Under the pieces are notes generated by a model, which was not told the DNA's origin, made no database searches, and saw only the letters and a program-made list of their open reading frames with translations. From Octopus bimaculoides (taxonomy: Eukaryota), in assembly GCF_001194135.2 (NCBI RefSeq), contig NC_068986.1:24160572-24224571 (forward strand): 64,000 nt of DNA, given 5' to 3'. A program made the translations under genes and the position numbers. Below are positions 25,441 through 39,321 of this stretch, one piece after another; the first letter of the stretch is position 1, and each line of letters starts with the position of its first letter.

Positions 25441-27340
25441 TCAGTTAAACTATCTATGCATAAAATCACTTATATTCATAATTTTACAATACATTATGCA
25501 AGAGAAGGGTGATAATGAATCATTTTTCCAACTTTGGCTCACTGCTCCATAGACAGTGCAAGGCATAAAACCAAAGAAAGCTACATTTATTGAAAAAAAT
25601 AGAGGTCGTGTGTATATATAGACCCTGATATGATTGGTGAAAACGAATAACATATCTGGATTCATTTCGCAAAGTGCTTCAGAATCATTCGTCTAATCAG
25701 CAGAAAAATTTCCGTACATAAATTCTGTAAACCTGTGTAATATATGATATATGATATTGTCGTAAGTGAAATAAGGAGAAAAGAACTGGATTAATTCTAA
25801 TTTTGCTTAAGGGAAAACGTTTACAAAAGCTTCTACCTTCAGCTTGTCAATTTGTTTCTGGATTTTCCCTACTGGCACGCAGTTCTACTCATCGCTCGGA
25901 GCGGTTTTGAAATATACGAACAAAACAATTGATATGTAAATATTTCAATGTTGAACCCAAAACGAAATATATATATAGATGTGTGTGTGTGTGTGTGTGT
26001 GTGTCATTAAGTTTTTATGTGGGAGAAATGTATTAACCTGCTTAGCACATAGCGCCATTTTGTATACTGTCTCACTAACTTACCAAAGAAAGCGTTTCAA
26101 ATTAGTAAAATTACCAGTCAAATCTCCTTAAAATTTATAACGGCTTCAATATAAAATTTATAGGACCATGCAAGCCATAAAATACCGACAGATAAGATGC
26201 TCGTGGATAATGCTGATTTGCCCATGGATCTCTTCGCACAGATTTGAGCTAATCGGCAAAAATAAAAATGCTATCCAACTATACAACTAACCAGTATATT
26301 GTTATAGTAGATTGAATTACAAAGCACGGTGCTCTATTATGTCTGCTATATATCCATTAAATCCATGTTCAATAAAATCCTTCTATATTCCCATATTCAA
26401 ATAAATACTGGATCTCAATACAATACTCCACAACCAAAAATTTACACAGCAAACACAGAAAGCTCATCTAAAAAAAACTAGCAATGATCGAGAAAGCTCT
26501 CTATTTTTTAGACTGACAACAGCATATTTTACACCGTTGTCGATAACTACCGGAATAGCTGTCTGTAATGTTTTACAACCTGGTGAAAACTTTGTTAGTT
26601 CTCATGAATGATTTAAAAGTCTCTGTATTAATATCTGCAGACAAGAGAAAATGTCAGTTACGACATTGTTGGTCGATTAACTCAAGTCGATAAATTCAAG
26701 TATTTATTCATGACACCATGATTTAGAAATTAAACACGTTGTTACAGGATATTGGAATGTGTTTTGCACCGGATAAGAGTTCATATTTGGATAACTATCA
26801 TTGAAAGTTAGTTGATTGGATAAGAGATATAGATCTTACTGACCTATATCTCTATTTCCTCCAGACCTATATCTCTATTTCCAGTGATGAGTGCTATAAA
26901 CAGATTTGGTGAGATAGAGATACCCTAAATATTTCTACTGTAAGTAAAGCTAGAGAAACAAAATTTTTTTTTTTTTTACTCAGGAGATGTACACTTTAGA
27001 GCTGTATACATTCATTAAGACTGTAAGCGATATTGTTTTTATAATGTCTAAGCTTCTATCAGCATTTGCACACCTGAAGGGATCCATAAAACTATAAAGA
27101 ATCTAGTTTACGCTGGGATCGTATACGTTAACTGACAATGAGAGGAACTGCGTTAAATTAAAGATGGAGGTAATGACTTATGATTTACACAGACTTTGCA
27201 TTTTTAGTGTACAACTGTTCTTTGTGAACCAAGGCAAGCTGAACTCACCAACTTAAATATAAATTTAGAGAAACACTTTTCATATCAAAAGAAAATTATG
27301 CATTATTAGCATATTCTGCAAGCTTAGAAATATTCTTTTC

Positions 27341-27497
27341 TACTCTAAGCACAAGGCCCGAAATTTTCGAGGAGGGAGCCAGTCGATTACATCGACCCCA
27401 GTATACAAGTGGTACTTAATTTATCGACCTGGAAAGGATGAAAGGCAATGTGGACGTCCGTGGAATTTGAGCTCAGACCATAAAGACAGGCGAAGTG
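27341..27497 (-). mobile_element. SINE-A (tail type 1)
   Basis: GCACAAGGCCCGAAATTTT..CGACCCCAGT..GGTACTTAATTTATCGACC..AAAGGATGAAAGGC. Confidence 0.85.
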
Positions 27498-27774
27498 AAT
27501 TCACAACGTAAAGAGAGACGAAATGCAAGCTTTAAAATATTAACCACAGTACAGGAAGAATAATCATTCCGAGCCAATTAGAAATACACGTTATTCGTAA
27601 TTCACGAAAAAGAGATAGATTCTAAATAGCAGATAAGAGAGTTAAAGGTGCTATTAACTTTACTCATTTGGTAAGAGATGTAAATTGTAATATACTATAG
27701 GGGAAGGTATCACTCACGTCCATGAATATCCACAAGTTATTAGCTAACTATGTAATATGATATATCACAAAACT

Positions 27775-27890
27775 CTGGTCGACTCGAGGCTATAGTTGAA
27801 GACTCTCTCCTAAGGTGCCACGCAGTGGGACTGAACCCAGAACCATGTAGTTGTGAAATGAGCTTTTTTATCACACAGCCAGGCCTATGC
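27775..27890 (-). mobile_element. SINE-B 5' half
   Basis: CGAGGCTATAGT.GAAGAC..AAGGTGCCACGCAGTGGGACTGAACCC..ACACAGCC. Confidence 0.85.
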
Positions 27891-27929
27891 CTACATATAA
27901 TAAATATACACAAACACCGCATACTTATT

Positions 27930-28145
27930 CTTGTATTCTTTTAATTGCTTCAGTCATTTGGCTGCGGCCATCCTGGAGCACCGCCTTTAGTCGAATAAAT
28001 AGACATCAGGACACTTATTCTTTTTGCAATCCTAGTACATACTCTGTCGGTGTCTTGGGTTGAACTCTTAAATTACTGGGACGTAAAAACACCAACATTA
28101 GTTGTCAAGCGATAGACGAAGACAAACACAGACACACACACAAAT
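27930..28145 (-). mobile_element. SINE-B 3' half
   Basis: TTCAGTCATTTGGCTGCGGCCATCCTGGAGCACCGCCTTTAGTCGA..GGGACGTAAAAACACC..GTTGTCAAGCGAT. Confidence 0.85.
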
Positions 28146-30579
28146 ATATACATATATATATATATATATANNNNNNNNNNNNNNNNNNNNNNNNNNNNNN
28201 NNNNNNNNNNNNNNNNNNNNNNNNNNNNNNNNNNNNNNNNNNNNNNNNNNNNNNNNNNNNNNNNNNNNNNNNNNNNNNNNNNNNNNNNNNNNNNNNNNNN
28301 NNNNNNNNNNNNNNNNNNNNNNNNNNNNNNNNNNNNNNNNNNNNNNNNNNNNNNNNNNNNNNNNNNNNNNNNNNNNNNNNNNNNNNNNNNNNNNNNNNNN
28401 NNNNNNNNNNNNNNNNNNNNNNNNNNNNNNNNNNNNNNNNNNNNNNNNNNNNNNNNNNNNNNNNNNNNNNNNNNNNNNNNNNNNNNNNNNNNNNNNNNNN
28501 NNNNNNNNNNNNNNNNNNNNNNNNNNNNNNNNNNNNNNNNNNNNNNNNNNNNNNNNNNNNNNNNNNNNNNNNNNNNNNNNNNNNNNNNNNNNNNNNNNNN
28601 NNNNNNNNNNNNNNNTATATATATATATATATATGTTTATAGACGAAATAGTGTGGAAGTCAATGGTTTCTTACAATAGTTCAAAAATCCAGACTAGACC
28701 GACATTCTGTTACTCTGGAAAGCTGAGTATCAAACTTAGCGTGTATGTGTGTATATGTATATGTGTGTACAAGGGCATATATATACAAATATATGTCTAT
28801 GTGCACGTTTATGTAAAGGAGTGTACACGTGTAAGTTGATTTGAATATGCGTAAGTGTGTGTATTTGTGGAATTATGTATAGAGAATCTCCTACACCTAT
28901 ATTTCCAGGTGATTCTTTAAAGACAACTTATCCTAGAGAAACACACTCATTTTAAGCATAGTACACTAATGCTGAATAAATCGATATATATTCAAAAAAT
29001 CAATATGCATTTTCATAATGTCTAAATACAAAAATTATTTTAAATTTATATGACTTTCATTTAGCTTTTTCCATAAGCATCTCTATCCATTCGCGTGTAC
29101 ATGCGGATATGCATATATACAAATACACACACAAACACACACAAACACACACAAATAAATGTATATATATCTATATATNNNNNNNNNNNNNNNNNNNNNN
29201 NNNNNNNNNNNNNNNNNNNNNNNNNNNNNNNNNNNNNNNNNNNNNNNNNNNNNNNNNNNNNNNNNNNNNNNNNNNNNNNNNNNNNNNNNNNNNNNNNNNN
29301 NNNNNNNNNNNNNNNNNNNNNNNNNNNNNNNNNNNNNNNNNNNNNNNNNNNNNNNNNNNNNNNNNNNNNNNNNNNNNNNNNNNNNNNNNNNNNNNNNNNN
29401 NNNNNNNNNNNNNNNNNNNNNNNNNNNNNNNNNNNNNNNNNNNNNNNNNNNNNNNNNNNNNNNNNNNNNNNNNNNNNNNNNNNNNNNNNNNNNNNNNNNN
29501 NNNNNNNNNNNNNNNNNNNNNNNNNNNNNNNNNNNNNNNNNNNNNNNNNNNNNNNNNNNNNNNNNNNNNNNNNNNNNNNNNNNNNNNNNNNNNNNNNNNN
29601 NNNNNNNNNNNNNNNNNNNNNNNNNNNNNNNNNNNNNNNNNNNNNNNNNNNNNNNNNNNNNNNNNNNNNNNNNNNNNNNNNNNNNNNNNNNNNNNNNNNN
29701 NNNNNNNNNNNNNNNNNNNNNNNNNNNNNNNNNNNNNNNNNNNNNNNNNNNNNNNNNNNNNNNNNNNNNNNNNNNNNNNNNNNNNNNNNNNNNNNNNNNN
29801 NNNNNNNNNNNNNNNNNNNNNNNNNNNNNNNNNNNNNNNNNNNNNNNNNNNNNNNNNNNNNNNNNNNNNNNNNNNNNNNNNNNNNNNNNNNNNNNNNNNN
29901 NNNNNNNNNNNNNNNNNNNNNNNNNNNNNNNNNNNNNNNNNNNNNNNNNNNNNNNNNNNNNNNNNNNNNNNNNNNNNNNNNNNNNNNNNNNNNNNNNNNN
30001 NNNNNNNNNNNNNNNNNNNNNNNNNNNNNNNNNNNNNNNNNNNNNNNNNNNNNNNNNNNNNNNNNNNNNNNNNNNNNNNNNNNNNNNNNNNNNNNNNNNN
30101 NNNNNNNNNNNNNNNNNNNNNNNNNNNNNNNNNNNNNNNNNNNNNNNNNNNNNNNNNNNNNNNNNNNNNNNNNNTATATATATATAGATGCATACATATA
30201 TGCGTATGTTTTCTTTTTGTGAGCGAGGAATGTGTTTCATATCAAGAGATACCTACTTCCTTGTACAAATAGTAATTGAAATTATATTCCAATATTGCAG
30301 TTTCATACAGAATTCTTAATTTATTTCAACAAGAATTCTTGGGTATCCTGTTAGTAATATCCCAATTACATCTCCCTATTTCGCTCTTAAATTATCCCAT
30401 GGGAGTAATATTGAATTTAATTTTTAAATCTATTTATTTACAGACATCACATTTGAAATCAGATATATTTCTCTTTGTAATCAGAATGGTGGTTTGATAG
30501 AATAGTTTTTCACATATGAGGAATATAGTGAGAAAATGTCGGAAAGCAACAAAGAGAGAGTGGGGAGAGAAGATAAACA

Positions 30580-30594
30580 GATCAATAGATAGAC

Positions 30595-30632
<38 letters not shown>
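30580..30632. repeat. (GATA)n microsatellite
   Basis: Read directly from the sequence. Confidence 0.95.
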
Positions 30633-30634
<2 letters not shown>

Positions 30635-31140
30635 TGCATAATGCTTGGCCAAATTCTTTTTTATCCAGAAAGTAGAAACTAAGAGAATGTGAGAGAAACT
30701 GAGAGAACGTGTTAGAATATTGAATAAATTTAATCTGTTTCTCCAATCTAACGCGTAAGATTAACTATTAAATATTTATTCATTTATTTGTTTATTAGTA
30801 TTAATCATAATGATAATCATATTCCATTTGCATCCGTCCATGAAGACAATAAAAATATTGGTTGTAAAATTAACAAGCTTGCAGCTATCATTTAATGTTT
30901 TCATAAGTGTCTGGTGGGAGATGCAACGTAGCCAAACTTGAAAAATATGTCTTGCAGCAGCGTGAACAAGCTGAATGTACTCTTTCGTTTATTTCACGCA
31001 GGAAATATGGCTACAACCGAAACTAATAAGTATTAGTGTTAAAAACTACAAACCATTTCCGCTAACATTTGAATTCCAATAACAATCGGGAATGTCGCAA
31101 CGCTCGTTTATGCCCGGAAAAACCAAGAGAAATTAAATCT

Positions 31141-31335
31141 TTTCTACTCTAGGCACAATGCCCGAAATTTTTTGGGCGGGTGGGCCAGTTGATTTGTTCG
31201 ACCCCAGTACACAACTGGTACTTAATTTATCCACCCCGAAAAGATGAAATGCAAAAGTGACCTCGGCGGAATTTGAACTCAGAACGTAAAGACAGACGTA
31301 AATACCGCTAAGCATTTCTCTCGGCTTGCCAATGT
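31141..31335 (-). mobile_element. SINE-A (tail type 1)
   Basis: TTCTACTCTAGGCACAA.GCCCGAAATTTT..GGTACTTAATTTATC..GACCTCGGCGGAATTTGAACTCAGAACG. Confidence 0.9.
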
Positions 31336-31568
31336 TTCTTATTTCTTTATTGGCCACAAGGGGCTAAACATAGAGGGGACAAACAAGGACAGACAAAGGG
31401 ATTACGTTGATTACATCGATCCCAATTCGTAACTGGTACTTAATTTATCGACCCTAAAAGGATGAAAGGCAAAGTCAACCTCGGCCAAATTTGAACTGCG
31501 AACGTAACGGCAGACGAAATACCACCAAGTATTTCGCCCGTGCTAACGTTTCCGCCAGCTCGCAGCCT
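31336..31568 (-). mobile_element. SINE-A (tail type 2), tandem to the previous copy
   Basis: TTTCTTTATTGGCCACAAGGGGCTAAACATAGAGGGGACAAACAAGGACAGAC tail; core; head GCTAACGTTTCCGCCAGCTCGC. Confidence 0.9.
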
Positions 31569-31631
31569 TAAAGAGAAATTAAATCACATCAGCATCCTAC
31601 CTCTCTTTCATTTTCTGTATGTGTTCCAGCG

Positions 31632-31738
<107 letters not shown>

Positions 31739-32269
31739 TTCTCCTTATACTTTAAAACGTTGCTCTTCTCTTCTTGCCTCACGTAATCTTCGTAAACTTT
31801 CACATTTAGAAAACTTCAGCTGATTCAAAAATATTTTGAATATGTGATGAGAGGAGACAGGATCAACTGATGCGACCACGTGAGCGTGTGATAAATATAG
31901 GGAGAATTCACAAAAAAAAACAAAATACGAAAACGGGTGGTGTAGAAAACAAACAGATGGTAGTAGATGCATGCCGAAGGTGAACCCTAAACAACGTAGT
32001 TGGAAATCAAGCTTCTTCCCACACAGCCACGACCGCTCCTACATATATAAATGTATACATTTATAACAATAAGCATGAGTACGAATCTGCATATGTTATT
32101 ATAGTATGGCTCAAAAACGTTAACTAATTACGCCATAAGCACGCATTAAGTAAACATAACAGGTTTGATTAACTTTTATAATGTTAAGTTAGAGAGCCAT
32201 TCCGTACTTTCGCCGGAGCTGAGTAAGCATATATATATGTGTGTGTGTGTGTGTTGTGTGTGTGTGTGT

Positions 32270-32305
<36 letters not shown>

Positions 32306-35300
32306 TGCGTGCGTGCGTATGTGCCTACTCAGCATCGACAAAAGTACGGAATTAGCGTCAAACTTAATATTATAAAATTTAATTATACATTTAATGTATA
32401 CTTATTGCGTGCTTTGCTAATGGTGCAACTATTTAATTTTGTGATATAAATGTATATATATCTATATTATATACATACATACATATATATATATATACAT
32501 AACGTACATACATACGTAAATGCATATGGAAATTGTTGTTTGTTAGCAATTAGTTAAGCAATAATTTGAAATTATCGATACGTTAAAAGAATTTAAGAAG
32601 TGTTTTTCTGTGTATTTTACTCTCAGCTAGAATTTTCTTTTTTTGTTTTTTGTTAGGTTATCCAAAATACTATCAAAAACATGAAATTTGAACGAATCTG
32701 AAATATACTGAAGGTAGTTTCTTTACAAATTTGTTCTATCATAATTACTATTTGAAACCGTTGAAAAAATATATAAATCTTCACTAATAAACTGGTATAT
32801 GAACAGTTTATCAATGATGATTTAATGATATTCTTTGCCCCTTGCATATCGCTGATTGATTAAATATCAATTTAAACCATTCTTAATCGTTTTCTTCAGA
32901 TTCTCAGGATATAGGATAACATTATCTGAACTATCTAAATACTGTATGAGCGTTTTATTGTTATTCATAGTAAGTTATGCGATCTCACTGTGACGTCCTT
33001 AGTTGATCTGAATTTCTTATTGAAGGTATCGATGCTGATTAGGACTAGGTTGTCCTTCACCTTGGTGACGTGTGATATTAAGCGTTGTAGTCTTGATGAA
33101 CATATGTTTTACTGCGGTGTTCTTCATTCAGATCTATAATGTACAAAGTGTCCTCTATGTTTTGTAAAACGTTAAGGAGTGATTTGTACTACATACATAT
33201 CTTGTAATGAATTAAGAAATGATTATACTTCGTACCTTTTGCTACGTCTACCAAAAGTATAATCGCAAAAACCGAGCCTGCGTGGGATCCTTTAGATGGT
33301 TACTCGACCTCCTAAAATAGCTGCCAAATAATTCTCACATTTCGTTCAAGTGTTTTCGAAGATGAAGTGCAACATTAATGGTTGCATTGAGTAATTTAGT
33401 CTCTGGTATACAAATGTTTAGAATCGTAACGAATAAAAATTTCATTGATAAAAATAGAACATGATCAGTGTTTATTCGAGATGCAAATCAACCGAAAGAA
33501 CAATAATCAGAGAAAATAGAATTCTCAACACATCATTTCTTCGCAAATTTGTGACTTTGCAAGTATCATAGCAATTAACATATTTTAAATTGACATATGT
33601 TTTCCTCAAAAGGCTACAGAAAAATCTATTTGTAACAACCTTCAAATATTTGCACCATTTATCATTTTTTCTATTTTTTTTTTCTATAACAACACTCAAA
33701 ATGATTTTCAGAAAAATTTAAATGGTTTAAAGTTCCGTAATTTGTATTCATGAAATTTTATCTACTTCAGTTCATGAACACGGGACACCAAAAAACACGT
33801 ATCATAATGAGAGTTTATTCCTGTAACACACGCACATGAACAAACACGAGCGTACACACATATAGAAATGTTGTATACATACATGCAACACATACACACA
33901 TTCATACAAATACACACACGTATATACACAAACACACAAACACTCATGCACACATACACAAACACACATATATACGCACATTCGCACACACGTATGTGTA
34001 TTGAGTTATATGGTTCGTGCGAATATTTTTATAGAGATAGTAACAGAGATACCAAAATGCTAAGTAATTCGATATTCAGACGAAATAACAATCGAATTTA
34101 TCCAAAATTTTCCAATGCTATCGAGTATCGATCTAGAATACACTTCGACAGGGTGATTTTTAAAGTTTATTTTTTCTGTGTTTCAACATTAGTGCTCCTT
34201 AAAGTGAGCTGTATTTTCCAGGAAGGCTGGAGAAAAATATATACGGACATTTTAGAGTCAGTGATCTGTTGGGACCGTGTGGCAACTGGTATGTTATATA
34301 GGTTTTTAATTTTTTCTACTTAATTAGTAACATTTAAATGTAATAGTACAATCTCATCAAAAACGAGAGCAACAATAGCAAAGCGCACAACTAATTTTAG
34401 GAGTATAAAATTAAATTTCAACTAGTTGCTGCATGGAAGATATACAAAACACAAAGAATACATGCCTGATTTTGACCAAAGTCATCATTCTACGCGCGTT
34501 AGCGAAATCAGGGTATTGTAACCAGACGACTTTGTTTGTCTGTGTGTTTGCAAGGTTACTGGAAAACGGATGAACGGATTTTCACATTTGGCAGGAATAC
34601 TCATTAGGTGACTCGAAATGATGAATGTTTGGTTTGATTATCTTTAAAAGAATTTTTTTTTAATCGAACTTACAAATTTCCTGATGAGCATGTGGTCATG
34701 TTTTTTGTTCACTTTTATTTTTCATATGAATCTACCGTCGTCTGCGTGTGTATAGATCATGGTGCACCTATGCGCGTCGGCACGGGTGGGTACATACATA
34801 CATGCATAAATACATACATAGGTATGCCACTGTGTGTATGTGTGTGTGTGTGCGTGTGCGTGTGTACGCTGACGGATGAGAGAGTTTCGTTTCTCTACGA
34901 GTTGATTTCTTAATTTCATCGGAGTAAATATAGTTTCAAGCACAAAAGCGAATAAGAATGCTTAATGTCCCTTAATTGCTCAGACTTATGATAAATCATT
35001 TTGCAGTCTACGTGACCGCTCGATGTCTTTTCAGCATTTTGTCGGAAAATTTTTTTATTATACTTGTCTGTCTGTTATTTTATACGACGTCATTATGTAA
35101 GCTAGTGAGCCAGCAGAATAATTAACTCGTCATATAGAATATTTCAAGGATTTTCTTTCGGCTTTACTTTCAGAATTCCTATCCACCGAGGTCGATTCTG
35201 ACTTTCATGGTTTCGGACTCGTTCTTAACTAGAGTTGATATAATCAACCAAATTTCAGGCCTTGTGCCTATAGCAGAGAGGAAAACAATATCACTATTGT

Positions 35301-37418
35301 GCAATTTGCGATAATTAGTTCCTAAACCATGCAGAGTTTGCGATGATATGGAAGTTTCTTCGTTGGATTCAATGCCACCATTTTATTTATTTATTTTTTT
35401 CCAGCAACTGAGATTCAGAGAAATAGATGCAATATCCTTCTATTTTGAAGAGATTAAAAAAAAAAACATTCATTCGAACTTGCTTCAGGCGCATAATAGT
35501 TTTTCCAGACTATTTATAAATACTATTGCATCGCCATTTTCTTTTTTTACAATGATAAAATTTAATTAAAATACATCTATTCGAAAGTTTAAAGAAACTC
35601 CAGTTAGACCCCCAAAAACTGGTATAACAATAACATTTCCTACCTTCCCGTCTGGTTATCTTCGAGATTATGATTGATGGAGACGGATATGAACTCTATA
35701 TTGTCTGCCCTTGTCTCAGGCATCCACATTTTGATTTGAACTTACAATACAACAGAATATTGTAATTGGTTTCCTTAATACAGCGTTGATTAACAGTTTT
35801 TGAAATAGAATAACTGCATTTATTTCGTAAATTTACATTAAAATGGAATTATTATTTCGATTTACGCATTACGTTATTCATTATTTTCTTATCGTTTGAT
35901 TTCTATTTTTATTTAGTCTAGTTTCTTTCTTTCCCAGATAATTGTATTCACTTAAATGATGCAGTAATATCGGTTGTTTCAGACTGAATAAATTTGCAAA
36001 GAACGATTTAATGGTATGAGAATTACGTTCCGATTAAATAAAATCTCAAAAAGAAAATATATTTTTTTTACTATTTATATATAATTGACAGCTGCTTTGT
36101 CTCGTTAAGTATAAATAAATATCAAGATTACTGAGTTATGATGAATTGGTTAATTGATTTTAAAAATGTTGTGAGCTTCCTTTACCAATTCATATTTTCA
36201 TATAACAACGTTGATGGATTAAATTTAGCAAAAAAAGAATTATTGCATAGTTAAAGCATTTTATAACCCCCAACTCACTATCGATTATTATATAATAGCA
36301 GATTGCTAATAGCTTTAGATGTCATTCTGGATTTCTTTAGAGTTGAATGACCTAAAACTGTATTGTTTTATCGTTCGTAAGAGAAAATAATGTTCAATGT
36401 TCAATATTCTACTTATTAATACTTACTCGCGGTAAACTCAACAAAATCAATTCTAAATGGATACTTGTTGGTTACAGATATCTGAAACGTAACATAATAT
36501 TCAATTCTTAGTTTCAGATCGAACCATGAACTTTGCCTCAAATGTATATGTGCATTAGGATCAATAACTGAAATACTTTCTATTTATCTTTACTACATAG
36601 TAATGGTCTGCAACATGCTGCTATTTACTCTAAGGAACAATTTTGCATCGTATATTAAGCTGATAATACGAACCAACTGATAGAAATGAATTATGCAAAT
36701 GTTCATAATTTACATGCATTAATTCCAAAGACGTATGTGGCAGGTAAATTTGCTAGAAGAAACAGCTAAATTTCATTCAAAACACCAATTACTAAATCAA
36801 ATATAGATTACATTGGTCAATGCAATTCTACGTATGCCATCTAAATTAAAACATGCCATGGAAACATTTGACAGCAAGATGCAGCTGGAAATTAGTTACT
36901 TTGAAAGAGTCCAGCAGAATACAAACTTAGCAAATTCACTAGTGTTGAAATAGTTAATTTTGATAACGAAAACAATATGGTACTAAAACAATATTTAATA
37001 GCACTTTAAACTGAATATGATATTACATAATCTTTGAAATATCCGTTCTACCTGAATTAATATGGTCTTTTATTGCTATGAAATATCCAGTTGTAAATGG
37101 AAGAAAAAACTTTCATAATAATGTCGCCAGTGTATTTCATAGAATGTTTTTGCAGCAATTCCATTTTCGGAATCGAGATCAGATCAGGTATCAAGGTTTG
37201 AATTGGGAGGCTTACTGCGGAAGCACTTGCTTCAATTTTGATGTAATGATCAATTATGTAGTACAATGATCAGCGATGTGATTTAGTGCTCGTTACCAGT
37301 GAGCTGCAGTCTCGCTGTACGTTTGTACCGTACACTTCGAGTTACTAATGCCTTTGAGAGTGACTTGATTTTGTACTAAATATATATCATATATATATAC
37401 GCAGATTTGGATCACGAG

Positions 37419-37419
37419 T

Positions 37420-37489
<70 letters not shown>

Positions 37490-37514
37490 CGGCAGCAGCA
37501 ATAGTAGTAGTAGC

Positions 37515-37552
<38 letters not shown>

Positions 37553-37576
37553 CGGCAGCAGCAGCAACAGCAGCAA

Positions 37577-37634
<58 letters not shown>

Positions 37635-37637
37635 CAT
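37419..37637. repeat. compound (AGT)n microsatellite with AGC/GGC interruptions
   Basis: Read directly; generates spurious poly-Ser, poly-Thr and poly-Tyr ORFs. Confidence 0.95.
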
Positions 37638-38168
37638 AGTATGGGTGCATGCACTGTAACTACGTCGCTGCAGCCACCTTTAATTAGTGTCTGTTTACTC
37701 TTGATGGATGACACCGTTGCACCACTCAGGAGTATTTGAGTTTTACGAGATTGGTTTGCAAATTCTACGTTAACCTTTCCAGGTTGTTTTTCTTCTTTTT
37801 TTTTATTTTGTCGTCCTTTTTGATGCTCATAGAAAGCGTTGGATTTATTCTTTGGACACTCAGCACATAAAAAATGATATAGAAATTACCCATCTGAGAG
37901 TATCCTTCACGTAGGCCGTTTGTATTTCTCAGTTGATTTTTATGTCTATTATATACTACTAAAAATGCTTCCACCGTCAGTCTTCTAGCTTTTTGTTTTA
38001 TGTTGTGGAATTCCATACTGAATTTTGCTCTTAGACAAATTTTTATTGATTTTAATATTGTTTCATTTTCTGTGTTACAACATACAGTAATGGCTCTTTG
38101 TAATTTAATGGCAAACTAAGAATACAATGTTTTACCTTTGTGCCAGATGTAACATGTTAGATCATGCA

Positions 38169-38275
38169 CTTAAGGACAAACCTTTTTCCGAAGGTACGGA
38201 TCCATTTGGCCGACTTCCCTTACCTACATTGGCGCTATCGATGAGAGGGAGGTTGTACACCTTGTACACCTTGCA
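38169..38275 (-). pseudogene. dispersed 28S (LSU) rRNA fragment
   Basis: Minus strand CAAGGTGTACAACCTC..CAATGTAGGTAAGGGAAGTCGGCCAAATGGATCCGTACCTTCGGAAAAAGG matches the conserved eukaryotic LSU segment CAAGGTGAACAGCCTC..CAATGTAGGTAAGGGAAGTCGGC..GGATCCGTAACTTCGGGA.AAGG (23-nt exact core). Confidence 0.85.
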
Positions 38276-39321
38276 GTAAACAAATATGAGAAATGCAGGA
38301 ATATAAAAGCCCCACGTAGTTATGTCTTCCATATAACATGTTAGAAAAAAAACTTATGAAATACGTATAGTGATATGTTTCGTTTGTGTATGCTCCTATA
38401 TGTGGGTGTTTATGGGTATGTCTGTGTGCATTCGAATTACGTGGGTTACCGAACAGTTTCCATCTGGTGAATTTCATTTACCAATTGACGAGAGTTTACG
38501 GTAGAAGATATTTGCTTAAATACAGCACAGGGGAATTGAAAAATAAAATTACATGGCTTTCTTACTACAGTACCGTTTCTGTTGGCATGTGTATTGTTGT
38601 CTGTACGTTCATTTAATAATCATTCTTTTGTTTTTAAATTACTTCCCACTTTCAAGCCAGAGAACTTTAAATTCCTTAACATTGTATAGTGAGAGTATAA
38701 TTAAGAGTCTGTACCGTTAGTTTATTATTCATAATTTAATACAATTCCTACTTTACATATGCATCAACTTCTGTAAATATTTTGCTTTATCCTCAAGAGA
38801 ATATGAAAAACAAAACGCCGTAGAAAGTTTGTAAATTTTACATCAGTTATTTAACGTTTAGACATAATTTAGATACAACTACAATTCAAGTTATATTTCA
38901 GCCATTAATTATTAATTTAGTTAATGTAGTAATCGGTAAAAATAGTTACTCAATTTTGCAAAAGTAATGTGTATTTCCCATATACAGCATTCTATTTTTA
39001 AAGCTATACGTTCTTACAACCTATTGTTTGCTACTTAAACGAATAAGCCGTCCGTTCTATTCTGTGATGTAATGAAACTTAGTTCACAGCTGAATATAAT
39101 GATTAACCTTTTATAGGGAAGGGATGTAAGCACTAGTTCAAGAAGGAAATTTGCTCGGAGTTACAAACCCAAGTCCAAAACGTCTTTACGAACACAGTCT
39201 TACCGTTTTTTAAAAATTATTTCTATTTTTGTTCTTTGTTTTTAAGGAGAAACCTAGCTTCAAGCTACTTTTTACAGATCAATTTTTACGCACTGTTTCT
39301 AAACCTCAGAAAAATAAGAAA

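Noticed and set aside
26512-26582. Possible exon LTTAYFTPLSITTGIAVCNVLQPG resembling an SLC1/GltP helix
   Set aside because: Spacing is three residues short, the donor (GTGAAA) is weak and no other SLC1 exons were found.
38440-38590. piggyBac-like IDES..YGR motif
   Set aside because: Too short and frameshifted to support a call.
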